A DNA stretch of 64,000 nt from an uncultured candidate division Zixibacteria bacterium (GTDB lineage Bacteria > Zixibacteria > MSB-5A5 > UBA10806), in NCBI GenBank assembly GCA_963817915.1, contig CAWFQL010000006.1:128001-192000 (forward strand). Reading direction: 5' to 3'. Of the stretch, positions 14,992 to 25,926 are shown piece by piece. Both the position numbers and the translations under genes were made by a program. Positions within the stretch are counted from its first letter, which is position 1. Each line of letters starts with the position of its first letter. Under the pieces are notes generated by a model. The model was not told the origin of the DNA. It worked only from the letters and a program-made list of their open reading frames with translations, and ran no database searches.

Positions 14992-17571
14992 GTGGCACTC
15001 GATTCAGGCGACATTATTGATGGTTCGATAATTTCTCATTATCGAATAATCAAGAAACTCGGCTCCGGCGGCATGGGCGAAGTATTTCAGGCCCACGACA
15101 TCTTGCTGGACCGGATAGTTGCCCTGAAAATTCTCCCCTCGTGGCTAAATGATGATCAGTCACGAAGACAACTGCTTATCAATGAAGCCAGGGCCGCAGC
15201 CAAATTAAATCACCCTAATATAATCAGCATATATTCGGTGGAAGAGCATGAAAAACGATTGTTTATCGTTTTGGAATATCTTGATGGCAAGACTTTAAAG
15301 CAGGAAATCGATAGCAGAAAACTTGAGCCGAATGAAATCAATGATATCGCCATTCAAATAAGCAAAGGACTTAAATCTGCACATGAAAATGGCATTATTC
15401 ATGGTGATATAAAGTCATCCAATATTATTATTAATCGTGACGGCCTAGTAAAAATCACGGATTTTGGGCTTGCGAGAATCAAAGATAAGGGTGAACTCGC
15501 TCAAAAAGGCTCGACGACCGGCACGACCGCCTACATGGCTCCGGAAACTATTCAGGATGGTACTATCTCCCAGAGTACTGATATGTTTTCATTCGGGGTT
15601 GTGCTCTATGAAATAACCACTGGCCACTTGCCATTTGAGGGCGATTACGAAGCTTCCATAATATATTCTATCGTAAATGACGATCCTCGCCCCCTAAATT
15701 ATTACCGATCTGATACTCCCCATGAGCTTCGAGCAATTATCACAAAGCTGCTGCAGAAAAAACCTGAGGAACGATATCAAAACGATGCCTCATTAATTTT
15801 CGATATAGAAAAACTAACGTGTGAAAAATCAGACGCACCGCGCCTTTTCGAAAATAAAAAAGCTATTCTTGCGGCCCTAACAACATTCTTCATCTTTATT
15901 ATTCTCGGCTCAATATACTATTATAGGAATCGAGATAACTCGGAATCTGTAACGCCCCAAAAAATGATTGTAGTATTGCCATTCGAAAACCTTGGCAACT
16001 CCGATCAGGACTACTTCGCCGATGGTATTACCGATGAAATAACCACACAGCTGACAAAAATCCGGGAGCTGGGAGTTATTTCACGTACCAGCGCTATTCA
16101 GTATAAAGGCACAAAAAAGAATCTCAAGCAAATTGCATCCGAGCTCAATGTTCAATATGCTCTCGAAGGTACTATTTTGTGGGACAAATCGGGCGATACC
16201 GATAGGGTCAGAATTAATCCTCAATTAATTAGAGTAGTTGATGATACTCATCTCTGGGCCGATACTTATCAACGATCCATGGCCAATATTTTCATAATTC
16301 AATCGGAGATCGCCGAAAATGTCGTAGCCGAGCTTGATATCGAATTAATGGAGCACGAGAAACGATCATTGGAAAGCGCTCCCACACAAAATCTCAAGGC
16401 ATACGACTATTATCTCAAAGGAAACTATTATTTCGGCAGAAGCTGGCGTGAACAGGATTATCGCATTGCGATTAAGATGTACCAAATGGCTATTGAATTG
16501 GATCCGAATTTCGCGTTGGCCTATGCCATGCTTTCACGCGCGAATTCCGAGATGTATTGGGAATATTATGATCGTTCCGACGAGCGACTTAAGATGGCAA
16601 ATAATGCTGTTGAAAAAGCGATGCAGATCGATTCCAGTCTTCTCGATGCTCATTTGGCATTGGGAATGTACTATTACAGCAAAATGCAATTTGAACCTGC
16701 CATGGAACAATTTCTGATAGTTCACAAAATCCGTCCCGATGACAGCAATATACTTGGCTCATTGGCAGGAGGACAGAGACATCTCGGTAAATTCCAGGAA
16801 TCGGCCATCAGTTACGCCCTGGCATTCAAGTACGACCCCAGGTCTCAGCTTAGAGCCTTTGATGTCGGACTGACATATGGACTGATGAGAGACTATTCTA
16901 TGGCTGATAGCTTCATGAATATCGCTATCTCGCTCGCCCCCGATTGGCCGTTGCCATATATCTATAGGGCCTGGATTCAGGTATTCTGGCACGGCGATAA
17001 GACAATGGCTAATAGTATTTTGAATTCAGCCTCCAAAATCGCCGACTTGTCCCAGACAGAATACTACGAATTCTATTGGTGGCTCGCGCGCGTTCTGGAT
17101 AATGATCCCAGAAAAACATTATTAAGAATTTCCATGGGCTCCGATTCTATGACATATTATCTTTATAAGGCACAACTTTATAACGTAATGAACCTGCCAT
17201 CCACCGGAATCGCGTATTACGATTCAGCTAGAGTATTACTCGAAAATAGAATAGCCGTTTTGCCGGATGACGGCCGGTTTCATAGCCAACTCGCATTGGC
17301 CTATGCCGGCATGGGACGAAAAGTAGATGCCATCCGCGAAGGGGAATTGGCCACGCGCCTCGTTCCTGTTTCCAAAGATGCCTATGAATCGCAATTTCTG
17401 ATAGTCAATCTTGCGGAAATTTATCTCATGACAGGCGACCACGATGCCGCCATCGAACAGCTCAAAATTCTATTATCAATTCCTGGATATATTTCGGCTC
17501 CGTACCTAAAACTTGATCCAATCTGGTCGCCATTGGCGGAACATCCTGAATTTAGGAAATTAATCGAATAA
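14992..17571 (+). CDS. Ser/Thr protein kinase with TM segment, TolB-N-like and TPR domains
   Basis: GSGGMGEV, VALK, HGDIKSSN, DFG, YMAPE; hydrophobic helix; IVVLPFENL..YFADGITDEI; TPR repeats. Confidence 0.9.
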   Translation: MALDSGDIIDGSIISHYRIIKKLGSGGMGEVFQAHDILLDRIVALKILPSWLNDDQSRRQLLINEARAAAKLNHPNIISIYSVEEHEKRLFIVLEYLDGKTLKQEIDSRKLEPNEINDIAIQISKGLKSAHENGIIHGDIKSSNIIINRDGLVKITDFGLARIKDKGELAQKGSTTGTTAYMAPETIQDGTISQSTDMFSFGVVLYEITTGHLPFEGDYEASIIYSIVNDDPRPLNYYRSDTPHELRAIITKLLQKKPEERYQNDASLIFDIEKLTCEKSDAPRLFENKKAILAALTTFFIFIILGSIYYYRNRDNSESVTPQKMIVVLPFENLGNSDQDYFADGITDEITTQLTKIRELGVISRTSAIQYKGTKKNLKQIASELNVQYALEGTILWDKSGDTDRVRINPQLIRVVDDTHLWADTYQRSMANIFIIQSEIAENVVAELDIELMEHEKRSLESAPTQNLKAYDYYLKGNYYFGRSWREQDYRIAIKMYQMAIELDPNFALAYAMLSRANSEMYWEYYDRSDERLKMANNAVEKAMQIDSSLLDAHLALGMYYYSKMQFEPAMEQFLIVHKIRPDDSNILGSLAGGQRHLGKFQESAISYALAFKYDPRSQLRAFDVGLTYGLMRDYSMADSFMNIAISLAPDWPLPYIYRAWIQVFWHGDKTMANSILNSASKIADLSQTEYYEFYWWLARVLDNDPRKTLLRISMGSDSMTYYLYKAQLYNVMNLPSTGIAYYDSARVLLENRIAVLPDDGRFHSQLALAYAGMGRKVDAIREGELATRLVPVSKDAYESQFLIVNLAEIYLMTGDHDAAIEQLKILLSIPGYISAPYLKLDPIWSPLAEHPEFRKLIE

Positions 17572-17601
17572 CTATATTTTAATTTTCCGGGAATGTATAC
17601 T

Positions 17602-19182
17602 CTATTCGTCGCCAGGCGCTATCTTATATCTAACTATCTTATTTTTTAAACCTTTTCTTGTCAGACCCAATATCTTCGATACCTGCAAAATATTTCCATT
17701 ATTTTCCTCGAGGGCAGCCTTTATAATGTCACGCTCTAAATTCTCAACCATTTCCTTTAATGGCCCTCGATTGTTTTTTACATGATTGACTTGATTCGTC
17801 GATACTATTATCTCCGGGCCGAGGTTATTGGCCTCAATAATTCCCGCTAAATTACATACGACAGCCGCTCTCTCTATAATATTCTCCAATTGCCTGATAT
17901 TGCCCGGCCAGTCATATTTCATTAATATATCCATCGCGCCGGAGGATATCGATAAATTATCATTCGCCAATTTTATCCTAAGCTTTCTTAAAAAATGATT
18001 TACCAATAATGGAATATCTTCTTTTCTCTGGCTCAAAGGAGGAAGATCCACTGTAAATGTATTTAGCCTGTAAAATAAATCTTCTCTGAAATTCGCCATT
18101 TTCATTTCATCGGCCAGATTTTTATTAGTAGCTGACAAAACTCGGACATCGACATATTCCGCTTTGTTGGCGCCAATCGGCCGAATTTCCCCATTCTGGA
18201 TTACGCGCAAGATAGCCGCCTGGGTAGACATGGGCGCGTCGCCGATTTCATCTAAAAAGATAGTGCCACCGTCGGCTTCCTTGAATAAACCGATTTTATC
18301 CTTGATCGCCCCGGTAAATGATCCCTTCAAATGCCCGAACAATTCAGATTCCAGTAATGCTTCAGTCTTCACTCCGCAATTCTTGATTACGAACGGCTTA
18401 TCCTTACGATTGCTATTGTAATGAATGGCGCGTGCGATCAGTTCCTTCCCTGTGCCGGTGTCACCCGCTATAAGAACCGGCGAATCGTTGGTGCTTAATC
18501 TCGAAACTAACGCCAAAACATTTTTGATTGCCTGTGATTTTCCTATGATATTTTCAAAACTGAATGTCGATCCGACCTCGCCCTTAAGTCTGATATTTTC
18601 TTCGCTTAATTTAGACTGGGTTAGTTCCAAAAGCTCATTTTTCTGCGCCAATTCCTCCAGGAGTTTGGCATTGCTTAATATTTGTCCGGATTGACTGGCC
18701 AGGATACCCACCAGCCGGCAATCTTCATCTGTGAATGGTCCCCTATTTGACGACCTTACGAGACAGGTCAGTCCAATAATTTCATTTCTGACCACCATCG
18801 GACAACAAATGACAGATTTTAACTTCCCGCCATTTGATGTTAGGCCGCTAAATCTTTCGTCCGCGTCAAGATCGTCTATTCTCAACGCTCTCCTATTCTT
18901 CAATACCCAACCTGATATAAAGCTGCTTACTTTGAAAGGCAGCCCGCCTCCGGCAATTTCCTCATTGCGGACAACAGTCAAAAGCTCGCCCCCCCTGGTC
19001 TGCTCGACAAGATTGATTATCCCCTTATCAGCGTTGGTGGCGCGTATAAGATCGGCTATAATTAATTCCATTATATGATTGGTTTCGCGCACCTGGCATA
19101 TCTTATTGAGAAGATTATTGATAATCTTCAATTCATTCAATGCAGATTCAGAATGATTATTTGATTGGTCGCTGTCTGCCAT
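17602..19182 (-). CDS. GAF-domain sigma54-dependent transcriptional activator (NifA/FhlA type)
   Basis: GAF region, Walker A GDTGTGKE, ESELFGH, GSFTGA, FLDEIG, FREDLFYRLN, WPGNIRQL, Fis-type HTH. Confidence 0.92.
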   Translation of the reverse strand: MADSDQSNNHSESALNELKIINNLLNKICQVRETNHIMELIIADLIRATNADKGIINLVEQTRGGELLTVVRNEEIAGGGLPFKVSSFISGWVLKNRRALRIDDLDADERFSGLTSNGGKLKSVICCPMVVRNEIIGLTCLVRSSNRGPFTDEDCRLVGILASQSGQILSNAKLLEELAQKNELLELTQSKLSEENIRLKGEVGSTFSFENIIGKSQAIKNVLALVSRLSTNDSPVLIAGDTGTGKELIARAIHYNSNRKDKPFVIKNCGVKTEALLESELFGHLKGSFTGAIKDKIGLFKEADGGTIFLDEIGDAPMSTQAAILRVIQNGEIRPIGANKAEYVDVRVLSATNKNLADEMKMANFREDLFYRLNTFTVDLPPLSQRKEDIPLLVNHFLRKLRIKLANDNLSISSGAMDILMKYDWPGNIRQLENIIERAAVVCNLAGIIEANNLGPEIIVSTNQVNHVKNNRGPLKEMVENLERDIIKAALEENNGNILQVSKILGLTRKGLKNKIVRYKIAPGDE

Positions 19183-19615
19183 AGTCTCCCCTAAATCCCC
19201 AATTTATACCGTTTAATAATAACATAGACTATTTAATAGTCAATATAATATGCAAACTCCTGGACTTCACGATAAATGCTTTCATTCACTCAGCCTCTCA
19301 AAATTACCTTTTCTCGTTATCCCGAATTTGATATCCTCATTTTTATTATATTTATTTGATGCCTAATGCTTAATATGGATAGGATTTCTCCGATATATGC
19401 ATAGAGTGGTAAATCTTATTTTGATTCCGTTAATGGAATTATTCTTTAAAGATCGAATGCGGGGCTAATACGCTGTCGAAAAAACTCACGAAAAAAGAAA
19501 AGCTTGTTGAAATTGGCAAGCCTCAAAGAAACGCACGCGGACCAAAACCGTTACGGCTGGCCGCAAGAAAACTATCCTTAAGCCAAATATTCTCCAAAAT
19601 TACTATAATGGGCTA

Positions 19616-21334
19616 ATGGAAAATTCGCCCAATGCTATAGCAATTTTCACAGTTAAGGCGGTAGATAACGGTAAACGATATAAATATAAAATTCTGGCAA
19701 AAAATCTACATTTTGAAAAAATGATTGGCTTCACGGAAATCAAATCGAGTAAAAAATCGCCAGCAAGCAGAAAACATTATAAAATAGAACTGCCATTTTT
19801 TGACAAATTAAAGAAAGTAGCCTCAACTGGCAAACCGATTATATTCGAATCTATTTATCCGGAAAATAATAAGACTTACGAAATTAAGGCATTTTCATTG
19901 AATAAAGGCCATGTGGCCGCGGTTTATACTGATATTACCGAAAGATGGCATGCCGAAAGGGCATTGAAAAATTCCGAAATTCTTTATAAGATTACAATAG
20001 ATTCTATCAATGATCTTGTCCATATAGTCGATTCAAATCTACGGTTTACTTTCGTAAATAAGACATTCGAAAAATGGTGCGATAAATTCCAGCCTGCCAC
20101 CAGGATTGAAGGCAAGACTATTTTCGACGCCTTCCCCTTCCTTGCTGAAACCGTCCGCGATGAATACAAGAAAGTATTCGAAACCGGAAAGGCTCTGCAT
20201 ACTGAAGATAAAAGCATCTTTGATGGCTCTGAAATCATTACTGAAACCGACAAAATACCAATATTTGACGGCGATACTGTTACAAATGTGCTGACGATAG
20301 TAAAGGATATCTCTAGTAGAAAGCTCACCGAGCAGGCCCTCAATGATTCCGAAGCTCGCTTCAAAGAGTTGTTTAATTCAGTCATCGAAGGGATAGGCCT
20401 GGTAGATGAAAATGAGGTGATCCAAATCTGCAATCCGGCATTTGTTTCCATACTGGAGGAAAAGAATAGTTTCGATATTATAGGCAAGACAATTCTCGAT
20501 TATGTACCTGATGAACAAAAGGAAATTCTTTTTTCACAGACTAAATTGCGCATGGAAAATAAAACATCCCAATATGAATTAAATATTCTTACCGCCAAAA
20601 AAAATATCAAGAATGTTCTAATTTCAGCGTCTCCAAGGTTTGATAAAAACGGAAAATACATGGGCGCCCTGGGCACAATAATTGATATTACGTCGCGTAA
20701 ACAGGCTGAGACAGCTTTGCAGAAGAATGAAAAATTCCTTCAGAATATATTCGATAGCATTCAGGACGGCATAAGCGTACTCGGCCCCGATCTCGAAATT
20801 ATCCATTCAAATAAAACCATGGAAACCTGGTTCCCGCATCAATTGCCGTTGAAAGGCAAAAAATGCTTTGAGGCATACCACGGAATAGACCAGCCCTGTG
20901 CGATATGTCCCACGATTCGGGCGATTCAGTATGGTACATTACAATCAGGTACGATCCCCGTCATTGGACCTGATCGCTCCAGGATATGGCTTGAGGTTTA
21001 TGCTCACCCGCTCTTGGATAATAATGGCGCCTTGACCGGCGTAATTGAATTTGTTAGAGATATAAGCAAAAAGAAACAGACCGAGGATGAAAGAGAAAAG
21101 CTGATATTTGAATTGCAGGAGGCCCTGACCAATATCAAGACCCTGAGCGGCTTATTGCCCATGTGCGCCTCATGCAAAAAGATACGCGATGACCAGGGGT
21201 ATTGGAATCAGGTCGAGACTTACTTCAGCGATCATTCGGATCTTACTTTTTCACATAGCTTTTGTCCCGAATGCGCCCGAAAGCTATACCCCGACATCTA
21301 TGACGATATCGTCAAAAGCAATAGCTCCAAATAA
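19616..21334 (+). CDS. Multi-PAS sensor protein with C-terminal Cys/His metal-binding tail
   Basis: Four PAS/PAC repeats ending DIT/DIS; tail LSGLLPMCASCKKIRD..SHSFCPEC; no kinase or cyclase domain; true start may lie upstream. Confidence 0.85.
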   Translation: MENSPNAIAIFTVKAVDNGKRYKYKILAKNLHFEKMIGFTEIKSSKKSPASRKHYKIELPFFDKLKKVASTGKPIIFESIYPENNKTYEIKAFSLNKGHVAAVYTDITERWHAERALKNSEILYKITIDSINDLVHIVDSNLRFTFVNKTFEKWCDKFQPATRIEGKTIFDAFPFLAETVRDEYKKVFETGKALHTEDKSIFDGSEIITETDKIPIFDGDTVTNVLTIVKDISSRKLTEQALNDSEARFKELFNSVIEGIGLVDENEVIQICNPAFVSILEEKNSFDIIGKTILDYVPDEQKEILFSQTKLRMENKTSQYELNILTAKKNIKNVLISASPRFDKNGKYMGALGTIIDITSRKQAETALQKNEKFLQNIFDSIQDGISVLGPDLEIIHSNKTMETWFPHQLPLKGKKCFEAYHGIDQPCAICPTIRAIQYGTLQSGTIPVIGPDRSRIWLEVYAHPLLDNNGALTGVIEFVRDISKKKQTEDEREKLIFELQEALTNIKTLSGLLPMCASCKKIRDDQGYWNQVETYFSDHSDLTFSHSFCPECARKLYPDIYDDIVKSNSSK

Positions 21335-21351
21335 ATTCTTGTCAGTAGCCG

Positions 21352-21945
21352 CTACATATAAAAATTTATTAAAATCGCGATAAAAGTCTTATACTCTCCG
21401 ATTTTAGTCTGATAACCAAGGGCTTTGGAAGTTGCCCGCGAGTACATCAATCCCGCCTCGCAGCCCAGGCCGAATACCGGAGCCAGGTGATAATCTGCCC
21501 CGACTGATATCCAGCCTCCGGAATCATTGGAAATATCTTTATAGTAACTAACCCGCGCTGGCGAAAGCAATGTAGAATCAGCCTCGACCTTTGAGAAGCT
21601 CCGATAATAGGATAGACCAACAAATGGCAGTATCTTCATGGCGTTAGATTTATCCACCGGTAGGAAAAGATACCGATAGCCGATATTGACAGTCAGCCTG
21701 CGCGAATAAAACGATGATGCGCTTTGAAATTTCCTGCTATCGTAATCGGCCCCGATTAAAAACATGTTATTCTTTTCGACCGTCCCCAGGTAAAATCCAA
21801 ACCTTCCCTTGGTATCAGGACTATCAACAAGATTAAGTATGGGTTCGCTCGTATTCGAATATCGAATCCCAAAGACCAACGCCGACGCGTTCCCTGCAAT
21901 TAGAAGAACACAGAGAATCGATAATATCAAAACTTTGCGATTCAA
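21352..21945 (-). CDS. Small outer-membrane beta-barrel protein
   Basis: Likely TTG start at 21945 next to the tldE stop; signal peptide MNRKVLILSILCVLLIAGNASA; alternating aromatic strands; C-terminal INFYM. Confidence 0.7.
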   Translation of the reverse strand: MNRKVLILSILCVLLIAGNASALVFGIRYSNTSEPILNLVDSPDTKGRFGFYLGTVEKNNMFLIGADYDSRKFQSASSFYSRRLTVNIGYRYLFLPVDKSNAMKILPFVGLSYYRSFSKVEADSTLLSPARVSYYKDISNDSGGWISVGADYHLAPVFGLGCEAGLMYSRATSKALGYQTKIGEYKTFIAILINFYM

Positions 21946-21946
21946 A

Positions 21947-23296
21947 TTAAAAATCAGTCTTTCCCGAGAAATTAAATTTCTCGATATACACCGCCGGTGC
22001 CGACGTGCATCCAATATCGCTCCACCAGCTCGGAACAAGCTCGGTTTCCTTTGAAATAGATTTGACATTCGAGAAGGCCGCTACGACCGATTCGGTAAAC
22101 CTCAGATTTTTTACCCCGCCGACCAATTTGCCATTCTCTATAAGGAACGTTCCGTCTCTCGTCATACCCGTGAGTAGCGCGCGAGGAGTATCCAGGAAGC
22201 CGTTGATGTAATGGAATCTCGTCACCAGGATTCCGCGTTTCATAGATTTTACCATATCCTCAAATCTCGATTTGCCCGGCGCCATATACAAATTCAATGG
22301 GAATGGTCCCTGCGAGCCTCCCGGTGGAAGTCCATGGCCGGTCGATTTTGTCTTATTCTTGACTGCGGAAGCCAGATCATAAACAGGACCTCCGGCAATT
22401 CCCTTTTTGACAAAATATACTTTTTTCTTGGGAGTGCCCTCGAAGTCGAATGGGAACGAAATCCCTTTGGCTTCTAGCCCATCGTCATAAAGGCTAACCA
22501 TCGGAGACATGATCTTCTTGCCTTTTTTCCCGCTTAAGAAGCTCGATTTTTCATGGTAAGCTATGGCGCCAAACGCGATAAACAGAAGCCATTCCAGTAA
22601 ATTCGCGGTGGCTACAGGCTCTAAAATTACGTCATATTTTCCGGGCTCTAATTCTACGGGTTTTTCGGATAATATGCATTTGTCTATGGCAATATCGGTG
22701 AGGCAATCGAAATCAATCTTATCGAATCGCCGCGATACGCCCTGGGCATATCCCGATGAATTATCAGAAGACATGATTATATTAATCGATGATGAGCTCA
22801 GTGGCTGATAAAGCTTCACACCGTTCGAATTCACTATTGCAATTTCCGATCCTGATGTAGACAACGCTCCCGACGCAATGAATCCCTGTTTGATGGCGCG
22901 ATTGCATATTTTCTTCACTGCCGCGGCCCGTTTCGCGGGAGATATTTTTGACGTGGGCTCATGAAATGTATTTATGCGAGCGATCTTGGAAGGTTTTGCC
23001 AAGCCCTTGAAATAAGGATTGGGCTTCGCCCATTGGGCGATTTCCATCGCGTCGTCAAGGCATCGGCGAAGCGAGTCCTTTTCCAAAACATTAGTGGAGG
23101 CCACACCGATCTTCTGGCCCAGAGCGACCTGAAAAATTACCCGGCTGTCGATTTCGGCCACGTTCTGGTGAATAAATGAATTGGCGTATCGTGTAAGTCC
23201 GTTGTCCGTGCCAATATACAATGCTTGTGTATGATCGGCTTTCGAATGAGATATCGAATCATTTAGAAGACGAATAATTTTATCTTTGCCTATCAT
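21947..23296 (-). CDS. tldE: TldE/PmbA family protein
   Basis: LTRYANSFIHQN, PGKYDVILEP, PFDFEG, TGMTRDG, NLRF; lacks HExxxH; follows tldD. Confidence 0.85.
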   Translation of the reverse strand: MIGKDKIIRLLNDSISHSKADHTQALYIGTDNGLTRYANSFIHQNVAEIDSRVIFQVALGQKIGVASTNVLEKDSLRRCLDDAMEIAQWAKPNPYFKGLAKPSKIARINTFHEPTSKISPAKRAAAVKKICNRAIKQGFIASGALSTSGSEIAIVNSNGVKLYQPLSSSSINIIMSSDNSSGYAQGVSRRFDKIDFDCLTDIAIDKCILSEKPVELEPGKYDVILEPVATANLLEWLLFIAFGAIAYHEKSSFLSGKKGKKIMSPMVSLYDDGLEAKGISFPFDFEGTPKKKVYFVKKGIAGGPVYDLASAVKNKTKSTGHGLPPGGSQGPFPLNLYMAPGKSRFEDMVKSMKRGILVTRFHYINGFLDTPRALLTGMTRDGTFLIENGKLVGGVKNLRFTESVVAAFSNVKSISKETELVPSWWSDIGCTSAPAVYIEKFNFSGKTDF

Positions 23297-24735
23297 TTGT
23301 TTACCCCCACCTGTACTTTTCTAAATCTGGCCGGAGCGGCGCCATGCGCCACATGGGCGGTCTGCATCGGCTCGCCCTTGCCGCATGAAGGTATACCCCA
23401 GACCCGCCAGTGATTTTTATTGCAGATGGCATCGCATGAATTCCAGAATTCCGGCGTGATACCGGTATAAAGCGGATTCTTATACATGCCCGTAATTTTG
23501 CCGTTCTTGATCTGCCAGGCTATTTCAGTCCCAAATTGGAAATTGAGACGTTTATCATCTATCGACCAGCTTTTATTCGAACCGACCAGAATCCCATCCG
23601 CGGTATCCGCTATAAGGGCATCGTAATCCCATTCGCCAGGTTCGAGATTAATACATGTCATCCTAATCAATGGTATCCGATTCCATCCATCGGCCCTCAT
23701 GGCGCCGTTAGGGGCTGCGCCGACCAGATCGGCAGTTTCTCGCGATGTCAGATACCCGACAAACAATCCTTCGCGAATCAGATGGGTTCTCGATGCCTTT
23801 ACTCCTTCATCGTCATAGCCGAAACTGCCTAACCCATTTGGTATAGTGGCGTCCTGGACGATATTGACTATCGGCGAGCCGTACCGGAGTTTATTCAGCT
23901 TATCGATTGTCATAAATGATCCGCCTGCCAGTGATATCTCAGTCCCCAGCACTCTATCCAATTCAGTCGGATGTCCGCATGATTCATGCACCTGCAACGC
24001 CAATTGATCCCCAGCAATGATTAAGTCTGTAGTCATTGCGGGGCAAGGTGGAGCCTTGAGCAGGGCCATTGCTTCATCGGCGATACGCTCGGCGTTATCG
24101 ATAAAATTCATTCCCCGAATAAATTCGTATCCAGCGCACTGATAATCGCCGCCATGCGAAGCCGGATAGCTTCGTTTCTGAACTTCACCGCCATCGACTG
24201 CGGTGGCCTCGAAACCTCCGCCGGTCTCGGTAATACTCTGCTCTATCAAAGCACCTTCGGTTGAGCAAAAAATCTTATTGGTCTTATAAAAATTCAGATT
24301 GCCTTCCGAAGTCTTGACTTTCGATGGTTTCATGAGGATTTTATTCACCGCCAAAAGCATTTCGATTTTTTCATCCAGCGGCACCGCAAATGGATCCTCG
24401 ACGCAGGGCGAAACATATTTATCAATATACGGCTGAATCGGCGCCAGTTTAACTGCCTCTTTTTTGGTAGCCGCCGAGGCTTTGGCGATCTGAATGGCTC
24501 TGTCCGCAATCTTTTTTAGCGCCTGCGGGGTTATAATTGATCCCGAAGCGAACCCCCAGCAGCCATTATGAAGAACCCTGACCCCAACCCCTCGATCCTG
24601 ATTTCTCGACAACGCTTCGAGCCGATCCTCTTTGACAGTCATCGACTCTGTCCGTTCATCGACAAAGCGGATATCCGCGTAATCGATCTTCTTCTTTTTG
24701 ATATAGTCGATTAGTTCATTTAGTTTATTTTTCAA
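23293..24735 (-). CDS. tldD: TldD family metalloprotease
   Basis: HESCGH motif, YDDEG, PLIRM, CGKGEP. Confidence 0.92.
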   Translation of the reverse strand: MKNKLNELIDYIKKKKIDYADIRFVDERTESMTVKEDRLEALSRNQDRGVGVRVLHNGCWGFASGSIITPQALKKIADRAIQIAKASAATKKEAVKLAPIQPYIDKYVSPCVEDPFAVPLDEKIEMLLAVNKILMKPSKVKTSEGNLNFYKTNKIFCSTEGALIEQSITETGGGFEATAVDGGEVQKRSYPASHGGDYQCAGYEFIRGMNFIDNAERIADEAMALLKAPPCPAMTTDLIIAGDQLALQVHESCGHPTELDRVLGTEISLAGGSFMTIDKLNKLRYGSPIVNIVQDATIPNGLGSFGYDDEGVKASRTHLIREGLFVGYLTSRETADLVGAAPNGAMRADGWNRIPLIRMTCINLEPGEWDYDALIADTADGILVGSNKSWSIDDKRLNFQFGTEIAWQIKNGKITGMYKNPLYTGITPEFWNSCDAICNKNHWRVWGIPSCGKGEPMQTAHVAHGAAPARFRKVQVGVNK

Positions 24736-24892
24736 TTGCGGCTCCCTTCCCCGATTATTTTCGATTTATTCTATGTGAAAAACCGCGCTCCTGTCAAGCC
24801 CCCATTTGCTACGAAAGTATGCTGAATGATGTTACAGATTTTCTTTTTCAGATACAGAAGCGAATTTATGGCTCATATAATCGCTGGATATC

Positions 24893-25844
24893 TTAAATCG
24901 CCACGGCTTTGGTCGGCTTGAGAGTTTTAATTACATTTGATAGATTTAAAAAACCATTAATCCCTGAAAATGTTGCCTTGGCCGCCGCGTATAGATTGGA
25001 TATTTCCGCCGATTTTATCACATCCCCGCATTTCAGATAATGATAGACAAATGCTGCCGCGAACGTATCCCCGCACCCGGTAGGATCAACCTCTTTGGTT
25101 AATTTTACAGGTGGAATGAAGCTGGCAATTCTAGGCGACGATTGCGAAACAATAATTCCCTCATGCCCAAGTGTAATAATAACTTTTTTCGCTCCGGCTT
25201 TGTGCAAATCGCCGCAAGCAGCGCTGACCTGCGTATTATCCTTCAAATCATGCCCTGCAATCGATTCCAATTCCATTATATTCATCTGAATTAAATCCGA
25301 ACAAGCGATATACTCTCGCCATCGTGGATGCCGCCTGATAAACCTTGTTCCATCGGCTTTATATCCTAGAGCCAAGCTATGAAAATCGCAATAGATCAAT
25401 CCTTTAAATCTCCTGGAAAATTGCCTGAAATCCTTCAAGCTCAGATCGTTTCCGGAGATAAAATTGATGAGCACAGCATCGCATTTTGATGGTATCAATG
25501 TAGTGGAAATCGGGCTGACCTTCCGGGAATTCCATTCGGCACGGGTGCCATCACTCTGGTATGTCAGCAGATGATAAAGATTCGGCAGATAATGGTAGCT
25601 GACAGAAGAATCATCAAACAGCCTTGAGCGACCGAATACATCGTTAAACCACTTTTTGATATCGTTGCCGACTCTGCATACCGGGTATATCCTGCCGTCG
25701 CTTCATAATCGCTTCCAACGCGGCGATATTATACGCTGTCCCTCCCAAAGCATCAGTAGTGTTGCCGCTGAGAGCGACAATTCTATCACGCACGAGATGG
25801 CCGACAATCGCGATTCGAAGTCCTGATTGGTTCGATTTATTCAC
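24893..25844 (-). CDS. PfkB-family carbohydrate kinase, frameshifted
   Basis: N-terminal IAIVGHLVRD..LGGTAYN and C-terminal DPTGCGDTFAAAF in different frames; probable GTG start at 25844. Confidence 0.75.
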
Positions 25845-25878
25845 AACTAATAATACTAATTTCAGGCAAAAAATGCAT

Positions 25879-25909
25879 AAAAAAAAGGGCGCCATTAAGG
25901 CACCCTTTT
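25879..25909. terminator. Terminator at the end of the TBDR operon
   Basis: A run-GGGCGCC-ATTAA-GGCACCC-TTTT. Confidence 0.7.
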
Positions 25910-25926
25910 ATCTACCGAACTAATTA

